DNA from: a virus
Lineage: Duplodnaviria; Heunggongvirae; Uroviricota; Caudoviricetes
DNA: 64,000 nt
Direction: 5' to 3' (one strand)
IMG/VR virus record: IMGVR_UViG_644736364_000008
Shown one piece after another: positions 57,965-64,000 of this stretch; within the stretch, counting starts at the first letter, position 1; each line of letters starts with the position of its first letter. The translations under genes were made by a program, and so were the position numbers. The notes below the pieces were generated by a model that saw only the letters and a program-made list of their open reading frames with translations, was not told the DNA's origin and made no database searches.

Positions 57965-59698
57965 TTAAAGCGAGCGGATCCCGTAGGACTCAATGTGGTC
58001 AGACAGCGTGTCTTCTTTCTCGTACAACATGGCTCTGCCAACCGCCATAATCAGCGCAACTGCACCATCGATTTTGTTTTCCGCCTGCTCTTTGACGGGT
58101 TTCACCACATCATCGTTACCCGGAATGGTTTTGCCGACCACGTTGCCGATACACCAGGTCATGATGGGATTGCCATCATGATGAAAGCGCCCCGATTCAA
58201 TTGCCGCTTCCAGCTCTTTCATCGGGTCGGACATGTTGGTGTAGTTCTGAATGATAGTGATGGGGTTCAGGTCTTCATCAGCAAGGTCATGTGACAACCC
58301 GGTCGCCCCGAAGGGGTCGATGGGTGACTCACTGACCGGGCTGATTTTGTTCGCCGCTTTGGCCTCCTCGAGGATGTAGCGATAATCCACCTCCGCACCA
58401 TCGGTAACGGTCAGAACGCCCATTTCCACCCATTTCTGAAAGCGTTCGGCTGTCCGTCGATCTTCATTTTTCTCGACGCTGTACACCGTGTCATACGGTA
58501 CCCAGAAACGCGGGGCCACACTGTAGTAATGCGTTTTACCGTCAATCTCGCGGGTATAAAGTCGCGCCATGCTGTTCATATCCAGCTTACGCGCCAGGTC
58601 AAAGGCCAGAATGCACGGCTGCCCCTCGAACTGCTCAAGGGTCAGTGATTTATCCTCGCAGCTCTGCCAGCTCACCAGGTTGAAATACGCCGAACGCGCC
58701 GACACCCAGATATTGAGGTGTTTTGTTTTAAAGACGTTTGCCAGACGGGCGTTATTTTTCGCACGCTGCTGCTGACTTAACAAAAATTCGCGATAAACCG
58801 ACACGCCAATATTTGGATTGGCTTTTTCCAGCACCTGCGGGTCGGTCCAGTCGTCACCTTCATCAACGGTATAGATGATCCCGAACAGTTCATCGTTAGG
58901 CACCGAGCCATTGAGCATCTCGATGACTTCCCGCCGCTTGTCGTAGCACGGCCCCTCAATGTTGTACCCGGCGGTGGTGATAGCCCACATCAGTGGCTGA
59001 CGTCGCGCCCCCATCCCGGTAAGCATCGTGGTGTAAAGCGCATCGGTGGCGTGCTCGTGATATTCATCCACCACCGCACAGTGGGGTGATGAACCATCAC
59101 CGGGGTTACCGATCAGCGGTTCAAACCGCGCGCCATCCTCCGGACGGTTCATGTTTGAGGCGTTAACCTCAATCCCGAACGCTTCCGTCAGCATGGGTGT
59201 GCGTTTACACATCAGTCGAGCCGGGCGAAAGACTTCCCACGCCTGTTTCTCTGTCGTGGCACCGGAATACACTTCCGCGCCAAACTCGTTATCACAGGCA
59301 AAACAATACAGGGCAACACCGGCAGAGATTGCCGATTTGCCGTTCTTACGGGGGATTTCGGTATACACCTCCCGGAAGCGGCGCAGCCGGGAGCCTTTAT
59401 TGACCCAGCCAAACGCGCAGCAGATCACAAAGAGCTGCCACGGCTCCAGCGTGATGGGCATCCTCTTAAATGCCCACTCACCCTTGGTGTGCGGCAACAG
59501 CTGAATAAATTTGGCGGCCCGTTCAGCCAGGTCCTTGTCGAAGCGGTAACGAAACGACTTACTTTTTTCCGCCATCAGGTCATCAAGATGGCGCTGGCAG
59601 GCCTGAATCACAAACTGGCAGGCCACAATCTTTCCGCGCACGACATCCCGGGCATACTGATTGGCAGCATTTACGTTGGGGTAAGATTTCCGGCTCAT
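57965..59698 (-). CDS. Terminase large subunit
   Basis: 577-aa ORF upstream of portal, overlapping the small subunit stop. Confidence 0.85.
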   Translation of the reverse strand: MSRKSYPNVNAANQYARDVVRGKIVACQFVIQACQRHLDDLMAEKSKSFRYRFDKDLAERAAKFIQLLPHTKGEWAFKRMPITLEPWQLFVICCAFGWVNKGSRLRRFREVYTEIPRKNGKSAISAGVALYCFACDNEFGAEVYSGATTEKQAWEVFRPARLMCKRTPMLTEAFGIEVNASNMNRPEDGARFEPLIGNPGDGSSPHCAVVDEYHEHATDALYTTMLTGMGARRQPLMWAITTAGYNIEGPCYDKRREVIEMLNGSVPNDELFGIIYTVDEGDDWTDPQVLEKANPNIGVSVYREFLLSQQQRAKNNARLANVFKTKHLNIWVSARSAYFNLVSWQSCEDKSLTLEQFEGQPCILAFDLARKLDMNSMARLYTREIDGKTHYYSVAPRFWVPYDTVYSVEKNEDRRTAERFQKWVEMGVLTVTDGAEVDYRYILEEAKAANKISPVSESPIDPFGATGLSHDLADEDLNPITIIQNYTNMSDPMKELEAAIESGRFHHDGNPIMTWCIGNVVGKTIPGNDDVVKPVKEQAENKIDGAVALIMAVGRAMLYEKEDTLSDHIESYGIRSL

Positions 59699-60198
59699 GA
59701 TTCGATGATTTTCAGAAACGGGTTAGTGGCTTTCTTCTGCCCCGCCAGGCCAATCAGACGCTGACGGCTGCTGGGGTCGAGTCCGAGCATTGCCCCCGTG
59801 CTGCTCATCTCGGACTCCTGTTCTTTTTTGGCTGTCAGCTCCGGATTTTTGACCCTGCCGCCCATTGCGCCGGTGATGGTATTGCCCTGTATGGCAATAT
59901 TTTTCACAGCACGTCGCCAGAACTCATAGGCCACGCACCACCGCTCAAGCACCGCGAGGTCAGTCACGCACAGCAGGCCCTGACCGCAGAGTTCTTTGGT
60001 TGTCAGTTGCCACATGATCGTGGCGAGAGGGAGATCTTCTTCAGCGAACCACTCCGGTGGCTCAACACCTTTGATGGGCGTAAAAACAGGTTCATCTTTG
60101 TTCAGGGCTCGCTTGCCGGGGTTTCCGGCCAGCGCCTTGCGCGCCGTTGGCTTGGGGCGACGCCCGGAACGCCCCGCCGTTCCAGCCATATGCGGCAC
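59695..60198 (-). CDS. Terminase small subunit
   Basis: 167-aa ORF immediately upstream of the large subunit. Confidence 0.65.
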   Translation of the reverse strand: MPHMAGTAGRSGRRPKPTARKALAGNPGKRALNKDEPVFTPIKGVEPPEWFAEEDLPLATIMWQLTTKELCGQGLLCVTDLAVLERWCVAYEFWRRAVKNIAIQGNTITGAMGGRVKNPELTAKKEQESEMSSTGAMLGLDPSSRQRLIGLAGQKKATNPFLKIIES

Positions 60199-60314
60199 TC
60201 CTGGTTAAATTTCATTTTTCGCGGGTATAAAAAAACGATGGGGCGGGCAGTCCGGAAGACGTCAGGTCACAGGGATTTGACCCGCCCCTCCCCTCAGAAA
60301 GTTGAGAATTATTA

Positions 60315-60665
60315 TCACTTCAGTCGTTCACGGGCCGTCTTCGCCTTATGACACGGCCAGCACAGGCTCTGCAGATTGCAGTCTGCATCAGTGCCGCCAT
60401 GCGCTTTAGGGATGATGTGGTCAACGGTTTTCGCCTCACGCACCACACCGACATGCAGGCACAACTGACACAGGCCTTTGTCACGCTTCAGCACGCGCGC
60501 GCGGATAACATCCCACTTCGAACCGTAGCCGCGCTGGTGACGGGATTGTCCTGGCTTGTATTGTTTCCAGCCTTCGCTTTTGTGGCTTTCACAATAGCCT
60601 GACGGATCAGTGGTGGTTTGGCGGCAGCCGCGAACGCGGCAGGCTTTTGGGGTTCGTGGGGGCAT
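60315..60665 (-). CDS. HNH endonuclease (terminase-associated)
   Basis: Cys-rich CxxC ... DHIIPKAHGG ... N ... CWPCH motifs; position just upstream of terminase genes. Confidence 0.85.
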   Translation of the reverse strand: MPPRTPKACRVRGCRQTTTDPSGYCESHKSEGWKQYKPGQSRHQRGYGSKWDVIRARVLKRDKGLCQLCLHVGVVREAKTVDHIIPKAHGGTDADCNLQSLCWPCHKAKTARERLK

Positions 60666-60767
60666 TTAAAGTGGGATCTAACTCTAATAATTTAAAAAAT
60701 TTAATTGGGTCTTGATATTAATCACATAGACTCAATGCTCTTTAGTTCTTACATAGGTGGTTGTATT

Positions 60768-61208
60768 ATGAGTATCCCCAGTTTAGATGTTCATAAAGTT
60801 GTTAAGTGCGCAGAGCATAAAAAGGCTTTAGATGCAATATCTCTCAAACTTAAGAATAACATTATTGACTCAAGCTCTGAATACGATTTTCTTGGCGACA
60901 CAATAATTTTCAATAAAGATAAAAAAAATAGGTTAACCCTCAAACTTTCAACATATGAACTAGAACTTATTTTCAAAGAAACACTGCTAGTCATTGATGA
61001 AGCTCCTGTATTGAAGTTTGCTGCCATTGACCCAACCGATGAAAATAACAACGAGCTGATTGATTTATTTTTATCCAAAGGTGGATTTATTTATATTAGA
61101 GAATACAAATCCGAGCCACATTATGAGTATGGCGACACTTCTCTATTTTTACATATACTTGACGCTACTCTTAAAGAGCTTAAATCTGCAAACAAAATAT
61201 CCTATTAA
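60768..61208 (+). CDS. Hypothetical moron protein
   Basis: AT-rich ORF on the opposite strand (track 60705-61208; AGGTGG RBS before the internal ATG at 60768). Confidence 0.45.
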   Translation: MSIPSLDVHKVVKCAEHKKALDAISLKLKNNIIDSSSEYDFLGDTIIFNKDKKNRLTLKLSTYELELIFKETLLVIDEAPVLKFAAIDPTDENNNELIDLFLSKGGFIYIREYKSEPHYEYGDTSLFLHILDATLKELKSANKISY

Positions 61209-61314
61209 ATAAATTTTTGCTAACATAGCCCCGCGCCATGACAAGATTTTCTGTTCTAGATGCAAGGGCTATGTGTGAATATCTATAAACAAAAACCCCA
61301 TCCGGTGATTTTTG

Positions 61315-61566
61315 TCATTTTTTAGCCATCTCAATTGCGGCATCAAAAAGTCGTTCAAGAATAAAATCAGGGTACTGTAATTTTTCTTGCTCGATATGAA
61401 GCTCATAAATTTTCCCTTCCCACTCCCATTTAAAATTAAATCCAGAAGCAGAAGGTGCGAAATGTGTTTTAGCTTTAGGGTTAGCGTAACCAGCAACAGT
61501 CAACACATCAAACTTAAAATCTTGAGGTTTAATACGCATAATCATATCCTTTGCCAAGTTCATCAT
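61315..61566 (-). CDS. Hypothetical small protein (83 aa)
   Basis: AT-rich ORF between the lysis cassette and the HNH/terminase genes. Confidence 0.4.
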   Translation of the reverse strand: MMNLAKDMIMRIKPQDFKFDVLTVAGYANPKAKTHFAPSASGFNFKWEWEGKIYELHIEQEKLQYPDFILERLFDAAIEMAKK

Positions 61567-61636
61567 TATTCTTCTCGATTATAAAACAATGAATAAAATC
61601 ATTAAAGCATAGACGTTAAATATCCTCAAAATGTGA

Positions 61637-62074
61637 TTAGTTGGGACATTGCGTCCTGATATACTCCTGCAAGTAATTGACCTGTGAGGTTATCTTGTCG
61701 ATTCCACTTCGGAGACGGTAATAATGGAGTTCAGCATCTGCTGTAAGTCTAGGGCTTTCTCCATCGCCCATGCCGCTGGCTCCGGTCGTTGACTTTGTAC
61801 AGGTGGCGGCGACTTGCAGGCGCTTATGCCCAGCAGAAACATCAGCACGAAGACTTTCGATAGTCGCATTAGCATCAGCAAGCTCCTTTGTATATCTGGC
61901 ATCGAGTTCAGCTACATTACGTTGACGCTTCTGCATATCAGCGATGATGGATGTGGCTTTATCGCGCTGTACTTTGTAGACGATGGCGTCATCACGGTAA
62001 TTATCAACAGCCCATGACAAGCAGACGATGATGCAGATAACCAGAGCGGATATAATCACCGTTACTCTGCTCAT
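61637..62074 (-). CDS. Rz: i-spanin Rz
   Basis: [23 protein letters not shown]... closely resembles lambda Rz. Confidence 0.8.
   Translation of the reverse strand: MSRVTVIISALVICIIVCLSWAVDNYRDDAIVYKVQRDKATSIIADMQKRQRNVAELDARYTKELADANATIESLRADVSAGHKRLQVAATCTKSTTGASGMGDGESPRLTADAELHYYRLRSGIDKITSQVNYLQEYIRTQCPN
61690..61869 (-). CDS. Rz1: o-spanin Rz1 lipoprotein, embedded in Rz in the +1 frame
   Basis: Embedded ORF with signal peptide and lipobox (FLLGISAC) followed by a Pro-rich segment. Confidence 0.6.
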   Translation of the reverse strand: MRLSKVFVLMFLLGISACKSPPPVQSQRPEPAAWAMEKALDLQQMLNSIITVSEVESTR

Positions 62075-62547
62075 ACCTGAATCTCTTTGACCGTTCCGCC
62101 GGCTTCTTTGAATTTTGCAATCAGGCTGTCAGCCTTATGCTCAAACTGACCATAACCAGCTCCCGGCAGTGAAGCCCAGATATTGCTGCAACGGTCGATA
62201 GCCTGACGAATATCACCGCGATCAATCATCGGTAAAGCACCACGCTCTTTAATCTGCTGCAGTGCAACAGCATCCTGGCTTTTTGGAGAGAAGTCTTTCA
62301 GTCCAAGCTGTTTACGGTATGCATCCCACCAGCGGGAAAGAAGCTGGTAGCGCCCGGCAGCCGTTGATTTGAGTTTTGGGTTTAGCGTGACAAGTCTGCG
62401 AGGGTGATCGGAGTAATCAGTGAATATTTCTCCGCCCACAATGACGTCATAACCATGATTACGTGTCGGTTGTAGCCCATTATCCGTTCCTTCTGACCAG
62501 GCCACCATATCGAGGAAAGCTTTACGCTGAGGATTAAGATTTTGCAT
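62071..62547 (-). CDS. R: Endolysin (lambda R-like lytic transglycosylase)
   Basis: 158 aa; near-identical over most of its length to lambda R ([17 protein letters not shown]...[19 protein letters not shown]). Confidence 0.9.
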   Translation of the reverse strand: MQNLNPQRKAFLDMVAWSEGTDNGLQPTRNHGYDVIVGGEIFTDYSDHPRRLVTLNPKLKSTAAGRYQLLSRWWDAYRKQLGLKDFSPKSQDAVALQQIKERGALPMIDRGDIRQAIDRCSNIWASLPGAGYGQFEHKADSLIAKFKEAGGTVKEIQV

Positions 62548-62839
62548 TTTTCACCCCTGTCAGTCGTTCCCAGAAGTACGTCAGTGCAACCGAACCCATC
62601 GCACCACTAATCCCCGCAGTTGCGAGAATCATGTAAATACTGAATCCACTTTCGATACTGATTAGGCCACCAATAACACCGGTGAATCCTGATACAACTA
62701 TCTGAGCGAGGGCATTTATCCAGCTCCACGTTGCTTTACTCTGCTTCACATCAATCAGGTAACGGACAAGCCCCCCCCAACCTGCGATGATCAGCAAAAC
62801 AAGCCAGAACGCTCCGGCAAGATTCTCTTTTTCGTGCAT
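62534..62839 (-). CDS. Putative holin
   Basis: ORF 62534-62938; internal Met followed by multiple TM segments; overlaps endolysin start. Confidence 0.55.
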   Translation of the reverse strand: MHEKENLAGAFWLVLLIIAGWGGLVRYLIDVKQSKATWSWINALAQIVVSGFTGVIGGLISIESGFSIYMILATAGISGAMGSVALTYFWERLTGVKNAKS

Positions 62840-62990
62840 ATGAATAGCCGCAGTTTCGCCTCCGACAGAAAATCGGAGCGTGAAATGATATGTTGATTTA
62901 TTATTAATTCGAAAATTACATTCTAATTCATCAGGCATTGATGATTTTATAATAATAAAGGCCGTTCGTTACGGCCTTTATTATTGATAT

Positions 62991-63326
62991 TTATTTTACA
63001 TCCCAAGGTAGTTCCTCAAGAGAGAAGACTAATTCATTATCAATAATTTCGTATTCTGCATAACCTTCAACCTCTCCTGAGAAGTTATTGTCAACGCATC
63101 CTTCATAATAGCTATATGGTGCTATAAAGTGAAACCCATATTCATCTATCTCTGTGATTTCAAAATTGTAGTAATCGTAAGAATATCGAATATCATCATC
63201 AGAAATAGAACTAAGTACATAGTTATTAAATTTATCGGAATGCTTAACGATAAGTTCTGACAACGCGTCAAGATTCTCTGGAGAGATATTTCCTAACGGT
63301 AATCTGTACTCAACGGCATTAATCAT
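62991..63326 (-). CDS. Highly acidic 111-aa protein
   Basis: AT-rich ORF between Q and the lysis genes; about 24 Asp/Glu versus 7 basic residues. Confidence 0.5.
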   Translation of the reverse strand: MINAVEYRLPLGNISPENLDALSELIVKHSDKFNNYVLSSISDDDIRYSYDYYNFEITEIDEYGFHFIAPYSYYEGCVDNNFSGEVEGYAEYEIIDNELVFSLEELPWDVK

Positions 63327-63511
63327 ACAACCTCCTTTTTAACTGATATGAGGTTATATAATGTGTTTCAGTACAAGTAAATAAAAACCCGCTCAACAGC
63401 GGGTTCGTGAAAATTATCAACGGCAGACATACAAAGCCCATCGTTGAGAAAATCTTATCCATATTTTTTGAAAAATGCAAGCTTCATGTCACTATCTTCG
63501 GCGAAAATCAC

Positions 63512-63979
63512 TTATCTCGTCACCTTTCTCAATTGTGTTTCAGCATATGCTTCTTCCTGCCAGCACTTTGTTACTAGTTTATCAATTACGTCTGCATATC
63601 CTTTGTACCACTGATAATCAGTCAGGTCTGGAACCAGCTTCTGGACATGACGTCGTGCCAGTGTAGTCGGTAAACGGCTAAACCGGTTTCCATTGCAACG
63701 CCCACAAGTCTTATAAACAGGCGTGCCATGAAGCCGGGTTCTTTTTTCATCCAGGACAATACCTTTACCCTTACACCCTCTGCACGCCGTGCTGACTTCT
63801 CCCTTGCCATGACAATGCTGACACAGTTCCTTCACCCACTCTTCTTTGATAACGGATTCCCCGCTTCTGGAATGTTTCACCACTTCGCGCAATACATTAT
63901 GAAATCCAGTACCAGTACAATGCTCACAGCGAGCCTTACTTGCCGCAGACCTGGAATAATCAGCAAAGGCAAAATTCAC
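63512..63979 (-). CDS. Q: Late-gene antiterminator Q (lambdoid)
   Basis: 155 aa with CEHCTGTG ... CQHCHGKGE ... CRGCKGKG ... CGRCNG zinc-binding motifs; directly upstream of the lysis cassette. Confidence 0.65.
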   Translation of the reverse strand: MNFAFADYSRSAASKARCEHCTGTGFHNVLREVVKHSRSGESVIKEEWVKELCQHCHGKGEVSTACRGCKGKGIVLDEKRTRLHGTPVYKTCGRCNGNRFSRLPTTLARRHVQKLVPDLTDYQWYKGYADVIDKLVTKCWQEEAYAETQLRKVTR

Positions 63980-64000
63980 AAGGTAAGGGATGATCTGTAA

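Larger units (their letters stand above)
38097..64000 (-). mobile_element. Second prophage (partial): lambdoid Q/lysis, HK97-type head, Mu/e14-like contractile tail; continues past window end
   Basis: Contiguous minus-strand operon from Q (63979) through lysis, terminase, capsid, tail and tail-fibre genes to about 41.0 kb; left boundary uncertain. Confidence 0.6.

Overview
The window starts at the conserved smpB-ssrA locus and is otherwise almost entirely prophage DNA. (1) smpB (1-483) and tmRNA gene ssrA (698-1060). (2) A ~34-kb P2/186-like prophage inserted in the 3' end of ssrA, bounded by 46-bp direct repeats (1016-1061 and 35112-35157), with a complete late region (ogr, D-U-T-E-FII-FI, G-H-I-J-W-V, S-R, lysis cassette, L-M-N-O, P-Q), cos, an SOS-boxed small operon, replication gene A, a Dam-like methylase, 186-type CII/Apl/CI switch and integrase. 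It carries low-GC cargo genes at four positions: a BRCT-domain protein by attL, a 566-aa Abi-like protein between V and S, a 469-aa orphan between Q and cos, and a 407-aa RES-domain protein between int and attR. (3) A ~6-kb accessory zone (35.2-41.0 kb) with a PD-(D/E)xK-like gene, a GIY-YIG nuclease gene, a tRNA-Pro 3' fragment, a frameshifted dinI-like remnant and a GmrSD-like type IV restriction gene. (4) The late half of a second prophage on the minus strand (lambdoid Q/lysis, HNH, terminase, HK97-type head, Mu/e14-like contractile tail) ending in an invertible tail-fibre segment with no invertase gene in the window. All calls are from reading the sequence and ORF translations; no database search was run.
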